From positions 1 to 64,000 of IMG/VR virus record IMGVR_UViG_3300044796_000657: a stretch of DNA of 64,000 nucleotides; one strand, given 5' to 3'. Shown piece after piece: positions 19,526 to 28,533 of this stretch; positions within the stretch are counted from its first letter, which is position 1, and each line of letters starts with the position of its first letter. A program made the translations under genes and the position numbers. The notes under the pieces are model-generated. The model ran no database searches, was not told where the DNA came from, and saw only the letters and a program-made list of their open reading frames with translations.

Positions 19526-19938
19526 ACCGTCGAACCTTCCTCGCAACTGCCGCCGCCCTCCCCCTCAGCGTTAACGCTTTACGGGGAATGTCGGTAAAAT
19601 TGACCCCGGCCTCCTTGCTCGCCGTGTGCGACTACAAGCTGCCGTCCGCCAACAAGCACAAAAGGGATGTTCCCGACAACCCGGACATTGTTGGCCTGAT
19701 TGAAGAGCTTGCCAAGGGGAACATCCGGACGACCTGCGACTTGGAGCGTCTCATCGATCAACACCTTGGAACTGCCTTGCAAGAGGATTGTGTGTTAACA
19801 CAGCCTTTTCTTTATGGCCAGCAACAAGAAAACCACGAAACCGTAATTCGGGCACGGCAAGGTGTCTATTTGAGCCATGTCGGCCTTATCCGCACCATCT
19901 ACTACAGGGACAAGATTGCCCTTCCTTCGGGAATATAG
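19522..19938 (+). CDS. Hypothetical protein with twin-arginine-like N-terminus
   Basis: AAGGAG SD; MNRRTFLATAAAL; ATGA overlap. Confidence 0.8.
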   Translation: MNRRTFLATAAALPLSVNALRGMSVKLTPASLLAVCDYKLPSANKHKRDVPDNPDIVGLIEELAKGNIRTTCDLERLIDQHLGTALQEDCVLTQPFLYGQQQENHETVIRARQGVYLSHVGLIRTIYYRDKIALPSGI

Positions 19939-19940
19939 AT

Positions 19941-20153
19941 ATGAAGGTTGAAATCCTATGGTCGGAAGACGACGAGCTACGGAAGCGAGAGGAGATGCGT
20001 CAACTGCGTACTTCCGTTGCTGAAAAGATGATGGCAAACTATCATGCCCAACTTGAGCGTGAACGCATTGAAACAATGAAAGACCGGCGGTTTCTAATCA
20101 TCTGGTTAATCATTTGTCTTGTGTTACTTTTTGGTTCTTTTTTAATTTTCTAG
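19941..20153 (+). CDS. Small C-terminally anchored membrane protein
   Basis: Coiled-coil segment then C-terminal TM. Confidence 0.7.
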   Translation: MKVEILWSEDDELRKREEMRQLRTSVAEKMMANYHAQLERERIETMKDRRFLIIWLIICLVLLFGSFLIF

Positions 20154-20161
20154 GAGTTCCA

Positions 20162-20290
20162 ATGAACGAACGCATTCAAACCATCACCATCCACGAAAAA
20201 CCGTACGACAGGAAACGTACGATGAAATGGTTGATGATCTTCGGTATCATTGATCTGCTCTTGGGAATACTCATCATTACCACCCGTTAA
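20162..20290 (+). CDS. Small membrane protein (42 aa, not in ORF track)
   Basis: AGGAG SD; WLMIFGIIDLLLGILII. Confidence 0.6.
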   Translation: MNERIQTITIHEKPYDRKRTMKWLMIFGIIDLLLGILIITTR

Positions 20291-20301
20291 AGGAACTTCC
20301 G

Positions 20302-20532
20302 ATGCTGTATCAAAACCTGATGATTATTGGCGTCTGTGTATTCTTCGTTCTATCGTTACTTTCTGCCGGTTTGGCAATTAAGTATCGTAAAGAAGAGGAT
20401 ACCGTCAGAGCATTGGGCGTGGCAGCAATGGTTCTGTTTGTTATCGCATTATGTGGCTTCTCAATCACAATAACGAATATTCGGGAACAAGAAAAAGAGG
20501 AGCAAAAAAATGTCATGCTGCAAAAACGTTAG
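20302..20532 (+). CDS. Two-TM membrane protein
   Basis: AAGGAA SD; two hydrophobic helices. Confidence 0.75.
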   Translation: MLYQNLMIIGVCVFFVLSLLSAGLAIKYRKEEDTVRALGVAAMVLFVIALCGFSITITNIREQEKEEQKNVMLQKR

Positions 20533-20833
20533 TTCCCCGTGGTGTCCTTTGATGGGTATCCTGATTGCTACATTGGTCGGACTTCTGATATTCTTATTAC
20601 TGTAGTGTCGGAAAAGCCGACAGAGTTGTATGAAAATCCGTCTGTGTGTGGTTGCTCATCGATGTGCGGCACTGTGCTACATTTGACATAAAAGTTACTT
20701 GTACAAGGTGGAATTTGGAACTTTTGATTGGCACGACAGTTGCTAATTGTTATATGGGTAAATTTACCCTGTTATTTCATCACCAATCTTACGGTTGAAA
20801 TAACAACCCTTGTACAAACTTTGAGGATTTGTC

Positions 20834-21481
20834 ATGTTTCTTACTACCTTCTCGGTGCGATGCTCGGACAGCAAAGTCGAAGATTGCTTCGCCCTTGCCG
20901 ACAGTGCCGCCGAACCAGAGGCCGCTGTACGAAACGCAGAAACGGCTGGATGGCTCATCAAAGGGCAGAAAGCGTATTGCCCCAACTGCCGGAAAGCCCT
21001 CATCGGTGAAAGTGTACAGAAGTCAGAACCGGGTAATTTGAAGCCTCTGTTCTTCGATACCTCTCTGGATGTGGATTACGAGACCCATTGGGATGCTGTT
21101 AAGTTCGGTGATCTGCTCGACCAAGGCTTCTTGGATTTGAACAGCTTTGAAGGCAACCAGATGCGGAGATTGTTAACGTCGGAGAATTACGACGTTGAGG
21201 AGACGGTGAAGAAGATCGGTCGGGCGGCACGCACGGTCGTCAGCGGTATCGCCTACAACAACATACTGGAATCGTGCGGTATGTTCCTCCGATGGGAACC
21301 CGAACAGCTCAAGGCGGAAATGATCAGTCTGGAGCGACACCTCGTTGGTAAAATATTTGATACCGAAACAGCGGAGATGAGAATCACGCTCGGTGAAATC
21401 AAAATGTGCATTGCCGTGCAGGAAGGTTTGGGACGACGCTGTGTATTGCCTACTCATCGCTTGGAAAAGGTCTGTTCATGA
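20834..21481 (+). CDS. Hypothetical protein with N-terminal Zn-finger-like motif
   Basis: GAGGA SD; VRCSD...C...GW......YCPNC. Confidence 0.8.
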   Translation: MFLTTFSVRCSDSKVEDCFALADSAAEPEAAVRNAETAGWLIKGQKAYCPNCRKALIGESVQKSEPGNLKPLFFDTSLDVDYETHWDAVKFGDLLDQGFLDLNSFEGNQMRRLLTSENYDVEETVKKIGRAARTVVSGIAYNNILESCGMFLRWEPEQLKAEMISLERHLVGKIFDTETAEMRITLGEIKMCIAVQEGLGRRCVLPTHRLEKVCS

Positions 21482-21870
21482 ACAAGCTCTTAATTATTAC
21501 GGGCGACAACCTCTCCCTCATCAGAAAATTCCAAGGCGCACAGGTTGCCCTTTGGGATTTTCCTGAATGTTACAAGTCCAAGCCCGAAATCGTGGCAACC
21601 GTCAACGAGATTGTGAAATACATCTACGAACCTAATCTGTTCAAAGAACCTCCCATCGTGACGACTCTCTCCCTGTTCGTCTTGCGGGAACTGTATCTGG
21701 TGATCGGCGAGAAGATGAAATCTGAGAAGATTGAAGTGGAATGGGTCAACGCCAAGGGAGATGGTACAAGACAGAGCGATGATCTGGACAACATCGGCTC
21801 TCTGGTCACATTGGACGAAGAACTCAAGCAGAGTGATCGGTACATGAACTTTGAAAATGGGTTTAACTAA
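21478..21870 (+). CDS. Hypothetical protein, possibly related to the C-terminus of ABC/AAA_15-type ATPases
   Basis: ATGA overlap; IVTTLSLFVLREL ... LDEELKQSDRY; no Walker A. Confidence 0.6.
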   Translation: MNKLLIITGDNLSLIRKFQGAQVALWDFPECYKSKPEIVATVNEIVKYIYEPNLFKEPPIVTTLSLFVLRELYLVIGEKMKSEKIEVEWVNAKGDGTRQSDDLDNIGSLVTLDEELKQSDRYMNFENGFN

Positions 21871-21884
21871 CACCATTCCGGCCT

Positions 21885-21895
21885 GTGACCATACA
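21885..21895 (+). repeat. Isolated GTGACCATACA site
   Basis: Exact 11-mer 14 nt after a stop codon, in coding orientation. Confidence 0.9.
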
Positions 21896-21928
21896 CCCCA
21901 TTGATTACTATGGAAATCTTGGAACCAC

Positions 21929-22123
21929 ATGAACATTTCATACCAATCATACCGACACGGACAGCTTAAATTGAGCCTTCGCTTATTTTGGAAAGACATT
22001 GTCGGGGGAGAGCCTGTCAAGGCGTGGAACGATCTTTTCTTTCTCTCGAAGATCAGGTTGCGCAATAACCAATGTGAATATGGTTTTTGTTTATTCGGAC
22101 AGTATATTTACATTCAACATTAA
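21929..22123 (+). CDS. Hypothetical protein
   Basis: 64 aa, directly after the site. Confidence 0.6.
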   Translation: MNISYQSYRHGQLKLSLRLFWKDIVGGEPVKAWNDLFFLSKIRLRNNQCEYGFCLFGQYIYIQH

Positions 22124-22132
22124 GGATACGAT

Positions 22133-22429
22133 ATGACAATTAAATGTCCACGATGCAACCTACCGGTTCACAGCAAAACGATGGGATTGGAAGCGAAAGA
22201 ATATGACCAGCTTCTTATCAGAAAATGGAACGAGGGTGCCATTGCCTGCTTGAAGAAGTCCGACCTGAACGAAATTGAGGATTGTCCGTACAATGTCAAC
22301 ATTGAACCGGCATTCTTCCGGGCTTGGCAGGGAGGCGTCTGGTATTGCCGGGCCAGACGCCTCATCGACCCCGAAAAGTACACCCCGGAATTGATCGCAA
22401 AGTACATTAGCGATTTTGAGAAAAAATAA
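22133..22429 (+). CDS. Hypothetical protein with CPRC motif
   Basis: TAAGGA SD. Confidence 0.75.
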   Translation: MTIKCPRCNLPVHSKTMGLEAKEYDQLLIRKWNEGAIACLKKSDLNEIEDCPYNVNIEPAFFRAWQGGVWYCRARRLIDPEKYTPELIAKYISDFEKK

Positions 22430-22462
22430 CCTGTATTTTTATTCAATATTAAGGATACGATC

Positions 22463-22897
22463 ATGTCAGAAATGGAAACGCATACAGAAGTGGATTGGGA
22501 TAGCTACGTTGACCAATCTGCTTGCGCCCGTAACAGTGCCGCTAATCTTATCCTTGCCTTTGCTCGGATGTTCAAAAGGCACCCCTTCCACGCTTCACGG
22601 TTTGAAACGCTGGTTGCCCCGTTCATGCCACAGGCATCGATAACGAACCTATCTCAAATTGCCTCCCAAATGGAATTCATTGATTCGGCTACCCTCATGG
22701 CCCTCCTTCGTGTGGATGATATTTGCCGCAAGGTAGGAACCCATGATAAACCCGTCACGTTCTACGGTTGCGTGTCGGTTCTGAAAATGATTCCAATGGC
22801 CGTTAAAATAGGTATTAATCTGGCCGATCCCCGAAAGACGTTCGAGGCACTGGTTGAGAAACTCTGTACCCAGATTGATGCGATAAGCAAGAATTAA
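22463..22897 (+). CDS. Hypothetical protein
   Basis: TAAGGA SD; leader nearly identical to that of the previous gene. Confidence 0.75.
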   Translation: MSEMETHTEVDWDSYVDQSACARNSAANLILAFARMFKRHPFHASRFETLVAPFMPQASITNLSQIASQMEFIDSATLMALLRVDDICRKVGTHDKPVTFYGCVSVLKMIPMAVKIGINLADPRKTFEALVEKLCTQIDAISKN

Positions 22898-23697
22898 CTT
22901 GTCAAAGCGTCAAATTCCGCAATGAGTAGATCGGCTTCTTTCTGGATCTCAAACAATTTCATAAGTGCCGGGCTTTTGGTGGGATCGAACTCCTTAATCT
23001 TCTTTTCAAGTTCCTCCATTCTCTTCATCTTCTCTTTCATTGCTTCCATACTGGCTGTCGGTTTCTTGTTGCCCACGGCTCTTTCAATACTGGAAAGCAG
23101 GGTGTGCTTGGATGAACCACCCGAACGTTGCGGCGTGGAATGGTTCCAGTACGGATTGATGGTTTGACCGTCTTTCTCAATGCACATAAAGGAACCATCG
23201 GCAGGCGCATGGGCATCTTTGGATTTGAGATAGAAAGTGATCTGTACTTCGCCCCTTCGCAGGATGTTGCCGTTCCAGTATTTGACTTCAACCCGATCTG
23301 TTCCGAGTTCTTGGTTAAGGAAGGCTTCAATTGTCTTTTGGCTTGGGGATTGCCCAATAATGGCTTTGGCCTTTTCTTCCAGCGGCTGCATCTTGATTAG
23401 GATTGTACAGAACTTATCGATTTGCTTGGCAACGTCTTTGTTGAAAGGGATTCGGATAAACGGGAAGCCATCACCCCGTAATTCGTCCAAGACTGGATAT
23501 ACGGTGAGTTGTACACTTTTCTTTTTGAATTCCAGTGGGCATTCATACCCATTCAAGACAAGTGTTGTACCCTTCTTTCCGTAGCAATGATAATTGCGGC
23601 TGACTTTGTTGGCAAACAGGTCGTAGACCTGCTTTTCAATGGTTGGATAAGCGATTGCGTCGTGAAAGTTTTCGGTGTCCAAGTTGGTATGAATCAT
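22894..23697 (-). CDS. Hypothetical protein (antisense island)
   Basis: 267-aa ORF with GGAG SD, convergent on the + genes. Confidence 0.8.
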   Translation of the reverse strand: MIHTNLDTENFHDAIAYPTIEKQVYDLFANKVSRNYHCYGKKGTTLVLNGYECPLEFKKKSVQLTVYPVLDELRGDGFPFIRIPFNKDVAKQIDKFCTILIKMQPLEEKAKAIIGQSPSQKTIEAFLNQELGTDRVEVKYWNGNILRRGEVQITFYLKSKDAHAPADGSFMCIEKDGQTINPYWNHSTPQRSGGSSKHTLLSSIERAVGNKKPTASMEAMKEKMKRMEELEKKIKEFDPTKSPALMKLFEIQKEADLLIAEFDALTS

Positions 23698-23725
23698 AGT
23701 AATCTCCGGGGATGGTTAAACGCAA

Positions 23726-23760
23726 ATCCACCGGGGAAACTCAACGTCTCCCCGGTGGAT
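23726..23760. terminator. GC-rich hairpin
   Basis: ATCCACCGGGGA ... TCTCCCCGGTGGAT; a related CCCCGGTGG/CCACCGGGG hairpin lies near 24092-24121. Confidence 0.5.
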
Positions 23761-23781
23761 TAGGCCGTGAGGCCCGTGTTC

Positions 23782-24027
23782 TTAAAGTTTGACGTTTTTG
23801 ACGTATTGCTTGGCCAACTCAAGGAAAGACGGTGTGTCCATCCAATCGGTACCCAAGGTGTGGTGTGCGCCGATTTCGGACATGATGCGAAGGCGGAAAT
23901 CATAGGCACCCTGTTCGGGAATATCATAATTCTCTTCCGTTGCCCTCATCACTGCTTCATCCGCCGGTTGTTTGGCGATGAACTTGGCAATTTCTTGCAA
24001 ATAGGCGACGTTCATCAAGTTCTCCAT
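23782..24027 (-). CDS. Hypothetical protein
   Basis: 81 aa. Confidence 0.7.
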   Translation of the reverse strand: MENLMNVAYLQEIAKFIAKQPADEAVMRATEENYDIPEQGAYDFRLRIMSEIGAHHTLGTDWMDTPSFLELAKQYVKNVKL

Positions 24028-24197
24028 GAAGGATGTTAACTTTACTCAAAGTTTGTTCCATTAAGATCAACCATGACAACTCCAAAAATGACCCCGGTGG
24101 AACGCTTCCATCCCACCGGGGAGGAACTTGCTGCAGTCCCCAAGTGAAGTGATAATATAACCCATTCCTTCAATTGCGTCAACCCCATTTAGTAAAT

Positions 24198-24368
24198 TTA
24201 TCCCAACATATAGCCGAACTTATTAAACAGAGCTACCAGACAAATCAGACCCAAAATCAACATCGCAACCTTGCGGATATTGGCAGGCAACTCAAGAGCA
24301 TCAACCACCATCTTCGCCACGTACATAACCACCAGCAGTACCAGCACCCAAATCAGAAAACTTATCAT
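24198..24368 (-). CDS. Small two-TM membrane protein (56 aa, not in ORF track)
   Basis: AAGGA SD; MISFLIWVLVLLVVMYVAKMVVDALELPANIRKVAMLILGLICLVALFNKFG. Confidence 0.7.
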   Translation of the reverse strand: MISFLIWVLVLLVVMYVAKMVVDALELPANIRKVAMLILGLICLVALFNKFGYMLG

Positions 24369-24467
24369 TATTATTCCTTCGTTTTGTGTAATCCCTTAAC
24401 GTAGTAGTGAATATTGAAACCGCAAGACATTGCGGATATACTCGGTCTTCATTTACTGAGAAGTGCT

Positions 24468-24743
24468 ATGTCAAAAATTCCTTCAAAAGAGATGATAGTA
24501 GAAAAATTGGCAAAGATGTCATTGCAGGAATTGCTGGCACTGAAGGAATACGTCAAAACGGAATACGAGGCATGGCCGAGGGCGGGCACAAGAGTTAAGT
24601 GCAATACTGCGAATGCTTTTAGTATCTCTGACTGTGGAACGGTTATCTCAAAAGCGAACCGCAGTGGATTGAAAGTTGTCTTTGTCAAATTGGACAACGG
24701 TACCGAGGCGGGTTACAGGCTTGGAAACTTGGAGCCACTATGA
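24468..24743 (+). CDS. MNLNK-array member 1 (divergent N-terminus)
   Basis: KLAKMSLQELLALK helix + AGTRV...LEPL beta domain. Confidence 0.8.
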   Translation: MSKIPSKEMIVEKLAKMSLQELLALKEYVKTEYEAWPRAGTRVKCNTANAFSISDCGTVISKANRSGLKVVFVKLDNGTEAGYRLGNLEPL

Positions 24744-25000
24744 ACCTCAATAAAATCTCTCAGATGAAACCGAAGGAACTTCTTAAGATTCGAGAGCTTA
24801 TTGAAGCGGCCATTCTTCAAAAGGATTGGTGCGTTTGCGGAGCGAGAGTCAAGTTTAACCACGGCTTGCATTTGGGTCGGCGGGGCGAGGTAGTCGCCGT
24901 GCTTGCTTCCGGTACGAGAAGACTGGCAAACATCATGGTTAAGATTGACGGTGCCGAATCAGCCACCCATGCAACCAAAATGATCTTGGAGCCAGAATGA
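24740..25000 (+). CDS. MNLNK-array member 2
   Basis: MNLNKISQM..ELLKI; CGARV; ATGA overlap. Confidence 0.85.
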   Translation: MNLNKISQMKPKELLKIRELIEAAILQKDWCVCGARVKFNHGLHLGRRGEVVAVLASGTRRLANIMVKIDGAESATHATKMILEPE

Positions 25001-25293
25001 ACCTTAACAAGATCACAGTGATGTCCATCGGCGAGTTGCGGGCATTGGAAGATATTATCACCAAAACATTATCATCAAAACTCCAAGAGGTTTTTGTCGT
25101 TGGAGCACGTGTTAAGATTATTACCTCAGTAAGAGCAAGACCATATCCGGGCGGGTATAGTCATAATTATGACGGCCATTGTGGCGTCATAATAGATGTT
25201 CACAAGGGCACAAGTACCCATTGCGTGCGAACCGACGGCAACGCTGTCCTCTATTTTTATAATTGTGAACTGGAGTTGGTAAGTGAACCTTAA
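24997..25293 (+). CDS. MNLNK-array member 3
   Basis: MNLNKITVM..ELRAL; VGARV; ELELV. Confidence 0.85.
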   Translation: MNLNKITVMSIGELRALEDIITKTLSSKLQEVFVVGARVKIITSVRARPYPGGYSHNYDGHCGVIIDVHKGTSTHCVRTDGNAVLYFYNCELELVSEP

Positions 25294-25552
25294 CAAAATC
25301 TACGAAATGGACTCGGAGCAATTGCTGGCTTTGCAAACCATTGTCAGTGATGCTTTGAAAAAAAAGATGATCAAGTTCAAAGTCGGCGATAGAATCAAAA
25401 CGACATTGAAGCATTGGAGCAGACCGGCAATGTATGGCTTTGTGTTACAATTACCGTTCGCCCCCGGCGGCCCATACGTTATTAATTGTGATAATTCATT
25501 GGTTAGTAGAATGATGTATGATGATGAAATGGAGTTAGTCAATGAACCTTAA
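25283..25552 (+). CDS. MNLNK-array member 4
   Basis: GTG start; FKVGDRI; EMELV. Confidence 0.85.
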   Translation: MNLNKIYEMDSEQLLALQTIVSDALKKKMIKFKVGDRIKTTLKHWSRPAMYGFVLQLPFAPGGPYVINCDNSLVSRMMYDDEMELVNEP

Positions 25553-25718
25553 CAAAATCTACGAAATGGACTTGGATCAATTGGCGGCTTTGAAGGTCGT
25601 CGTAGACGACGCCATTGCTAAAAAAGAAAAAGAGAAAAAACAAAAAGAGAAAGATCAACGAATAAGTCGTGATTACAATAACGATTACGATTATTACAAT
25701 TACGATGGCTACAACTAG
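25542..25718 (+). CDS. MNLNK-array member 5 (58 aa, helix only, not in ORF track)
   Basis: MNLNKIYEMDLDQLAALK...; the beta domain is replaced by a DYNNDYDYYNYDGYN tail. Confidence 0.7.
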   Translation: MNLNKIYEMDLDQLAALKVVVDDAIAKKEKEKKQKEKDQRISRDYNNDYDYYNYDGYN

Positions 25719-25726
25719 GGGCTTCT

Positions 25727-26179
25727 ATGAACCTCAATAAACTGATGGAACTGGATGAAGAAGGTTTGTTGCTTGTGATTGTTTCACTTAATATGGAACT
25801 TTCCGAGCGATTCAAATCTTTCTGTCCCAAGCAATTCGCCGTCATTCGTAATGTTCCAGCACCGTACACTCGCTTCAATGGTTCGAAGTGTATCATACAA
25901 CAGGTCACCCCAAATAGTTGCCACGTAGATGTACCTCAAAAACACGCTTGGATGCCTTCCGAATTGGTAATAATACCAAACGAGTTTTTGTTTCTTCCAG
26001 ATGATGCCTACGCAACTTTGAGAGAACCAAAGTTTGCGGATATGGATTTTAAGCAACTGGAAATGTTAATGGGCCACGTTAATCAACTCATTAACGACAA
26101 AAGAGAAAAACTCAATCAAAGAAAAATAGAAGTTGTCAAGAAAATATCCTCTTACATGAAAATCCATGAACCTCAATAA
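25727..26179 (+). CDS. MNLNK-array member 6
   Basis: MNLNKLMEL; ELSERFK. Confidence 0.85.
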   Translation: MNLNKLMELDEEGLLLVIVSLNMELSERFKSFCPKQFAVIRNVPAPYTRFNGSKCIIQQVTPNSCHVDVPQKHAWMPSELVIIPNEFLFLPDDAYATLREPKFADMDFKQLEMLMGHVNQLINDKREKLNQRKIEVVKKISSYMKIHEPQ

Positions 26180-26549
26180 ACTCACTGAAATGGATGAAAA
26201 GACCTTACTCTCTTTGGGTAATAGTGTTTCCTTGGAACTTTCAGAGCGGTTCAAGATTTTTTACAAACGTCAATACGTTATCGTAAGAAACCATACGGCG
26301 AAATCTTACAACAATAGAACGGGAACCGTAGAAGCTCTTGGCGTAAATGATACTTACGTTTTTATGCACTCATATCCCCGTGACGGATTAGAGAAAATTT
26401 GGATACCAAATAAAAATATTGAACCTTTTCAAAGCATCCGCCTTCCAAAGTTATTCAACTTGGAACGTGAACAATTAATAGCTTTGGGAAAAAAGATTTT
26501 TAACATACATCATCAAAAGTGGCTAGAACGAGAAAACAAAAAACTATGA
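26166..26549 (+). CDS. MNLNK-array member 7
   Basis: MNLNKLTEM; ELSERFK. Confidence 0.85.
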   Translation: MNLNKLTEMDEKTLLSLGNSVSLELSERFKIFYKRQYVIVRNHTAKSYNNRTGTVEALGVNDTYVFMHSYPRDGLEKIWIPNKNIEPFQSIRLPKLFNLEREQLIALGKKIFNIHHQKWLERENKKL

Positions 26550-27106
26550 ATTTAAACAATTTGACGAACCTGACCTTTGCGCAATTTAACCAACTTGAAG
26601 ATGAAGTGACTTACCATTTGGCAAAGCGGTTCAAAATCTTCTTTAAGGAACAATTGGTTGTGGTAGTCGGCCTTGAGGCCGATTCTTCCCCCTCTGTTCT
26701 TGATCTTAATCTTGTCTCTCGGCTTGGCCGCATCATATCACCAAAATTAAGTGTTGATGGATATTACGATGTCAGCATTCACGATGTTGGCATTCTGATG
26801 TTCAAGCCATCGGAAATTGAACCAATCATACCTGATGACAACAGACATCCAGTTTTTGAAACGATGGACAAAGAGACACTTGAAGAGTTTTATGAATTAA
26901 TGAGTATTCAGTGGATGAAGAAATTAAGCTTACCTATCTTTAAGGTTGGTGATCGTGTTCAGGTAGTACATCCACATATTTGTCCAGAAGGATTGAACGG
27001 TACCATTGTCAAAGCACATTACCACGATACCAAATACAGTATTCTTTTTGACAAACTAATAGACATACCAGAAAAATTTGACGCAATGTTTGTGAGGGCA
27101 TTATGA
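26546..27106 (+). CDS. MNLNK-array member 8 (two fused modules)
   Basis: MNLNNLTNL...; second helix + FKVGDRV. Confidence 0.85.
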   Translation: MNLNNLTNLTFAQFNQLEDEVTYHLAKRFKIFFKEQLVVVVGLEADSSPSVLDLNLVSRLGRIISPKLSVDGYYDVSIHDVGILMFKPSEIEPIIPDDNRHPVFETMDKETLEEFYELMSIQWMKKLSLPIFKVGDRVQVVHPHICPEGLNGTIVKAHYHDTKYSILFDKLIDIPEKFDAMFVRAL

Positions 27107-27357
27107 ACCTGAATAAGTTAACTAAAATGTCCCGTGAGGAATTGCGAGCTGTTCAAGATTTCGTTGAACAACAATTACATCATCACCCGTTTCAAATTGG
27201 CGATAAAGTACGCAATCGATACGCACCCGAAGCGCATGGTATCATTATACGATCCCATAAAAGCGTCGGCAAAAAACCACGTTATTATTCCGTTTCATTT
27301 AATGGCAATCTCAATTATGTTTACGTTGACTTTGAAAACTTGGAGTTGGACAAATGA
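27103..27357 (+). CDS. MNLNK-array member 9
   Basis: MNLNKLTKM; FQIGDKV; NLEL. Confidence 0.85.
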   Translation: MNLNKLTKMSREELRAVQDFVEQQLHHHPFQIGDKVRNRYAPEAHGIIIRSHKSVGKKPRYYSVSFNGNLNYVYVDFENLELDK

Positions 27358-27602
27358 ACTTAAACAAGTTAGCTCAAATGAATACCAAGGAATTGCGGGC
27401 TATTCAAGAATTCATATCAGAATTATTGAAGCGTCCATTTAAGGTCGGCGATAAAGTGTGCAATCGGAGAATGCGTGTTAATAAGGGCATCATAACACAG
27501 CTTCATCCAAATGCCCCATTTAATATTTATTATTCTGTTCTTTGGAAAGAAACCCTTAATACATCTTTCGCAAATTTTGATGACTTGGAGTTAGATGAAT
27601 GA
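27354..27602 (+). CDS. MNLNK-array member 10
   Basis: MNLNKLAQM; FKVGDKV; DLEL. Confidence 0.85.
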   Translation: MNLNKLAQMNTKELRAIQEFISELLKRPFKVGDKVCNRRMRVNKGIITQLHPNAPFNIYYSVLWKETLNTSFANFDDLELDE

Positions 27603-27853
27603 ACCTGAATAAGTTAGCCGAAATGACTAACGGCGAATTGGTAAAAATCAAAATACTGATTGAGGCGGAATTGAATAAGCGACCATTGAAGATTGGGGAT
27701 AAAGTCAGACAACGTGAATTTGGAAAACAACCCAACGGCACCATCGTAGACATCAACGAACCACTTCAACTGTGTTGGGTATTAGTGAATGGAACCTCAG
27801 CAAAGACGTTCACGGCAGCAACCTCCTTGTATAACGTAATACTGGATTATTAA
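27599..27853 (+). CDS. MNLNK-array member 11
   Basis: MNLNKLAEM; LKIGDKV. Confidence 0.85.
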   Translation: MNLNKLAEMTNGELVKIKILIEAELNKRPLKIGDKVRQREFGKQPNGTIVDINEPLQLCWVLVNGTSAKTFTAATSLYNVILDY

Positions 27854-27854
27854 A

Positions 27855-28097
27855 ATGAACCTGAACAAACTAACCGAAATGACCAATGAGCAATTGTTTG
27901 CTATCAAACAATTCATTGAAGCTGAATTGCATAAGCGACCTTTGAAAGTCGGCGACAGGGTCAGTTACAAACTTGATAAAAAGAGATCCGTTGGTGTTGT
28001 TGAGGATATTGGTACGTTTGATTGTTTCATAACCTTCCGGCAATATGGAACAAGCCAACACAGAGTCAGAAAAGCAGATTTGGAATTAGTGGAGTGA
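27855..28097 (+). CDS. MNLNK-array member 12
   Basis: MNLNKLTEM; LKVGDRV; DLELVE. Confidence 0.85.
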   Translation: MNLNKLTEMTNEQLFAIKQFIEAELHKRPLKVGDRVSYKLDKKRSVGVVEDIGTFDCFITFRQYGTSQHRVRKADLELVE

Positions 28098-28197
28098 AAA
28101 CCCCCACGGGAACTTAAAATTTGCCCCGGCTATTTTTTGGGAAAACGCTATAGGAAACTTTTTAGTATTTTGGCGGTGTTTTTAGAAATAAGAAAAG

Positions 28198-28533
28198 TTA
28201 AAAATGATACTCTAAAATTTCTTTAAGAAATTCTATAACTTTTACGGAATTTGCTTTCATTTTATCATGAACTAATCTGTGGCAATTAGGACAAACAATA
28301 ATAACATTACCTTTAACATATTCGCCCCCATCTTTACCGGGGACAATTCTGTGTCTGTCGCATTTAGATAAATTCCACCCGCAAATTTGACAAGAAAATT
28401 TTTGCCATTTTTTATGAGTTTTTAGGCATTTGTTTTTATGATGAGTACTACAAATATTTTTATATTTTCCATTCCCTTTACTTGTTGCTAAGTTTTTACA
28501 ATTTTCTATTGTGCAGGTTGGTCTTGTTTTCAT
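28198..28533 (-). CDS. HNH endonuclease
   Basis: CQICG...DRHRIVP..DGG.Y..GNVIIVCPNCHRLVH; much more AT-rich than its neighbours. Confidence 0.85.
   Translation of the reverse strand: MKTRPTCTIENCKNLATSKGNGKYKNICSTHHKNKCLKTHKKWQKFSCQICGWNLSKCDRHRIVPGKDGGEYVKGNVIIVCPNCHRLVHDKMKANSVKVIEFLKEILEYHF

Noticed and set aside
24174-24404. Plus-strand 76-aa ORF
   Set aside because: The minus strand encodes a clear two-TM protein with an SD (24198-24368).
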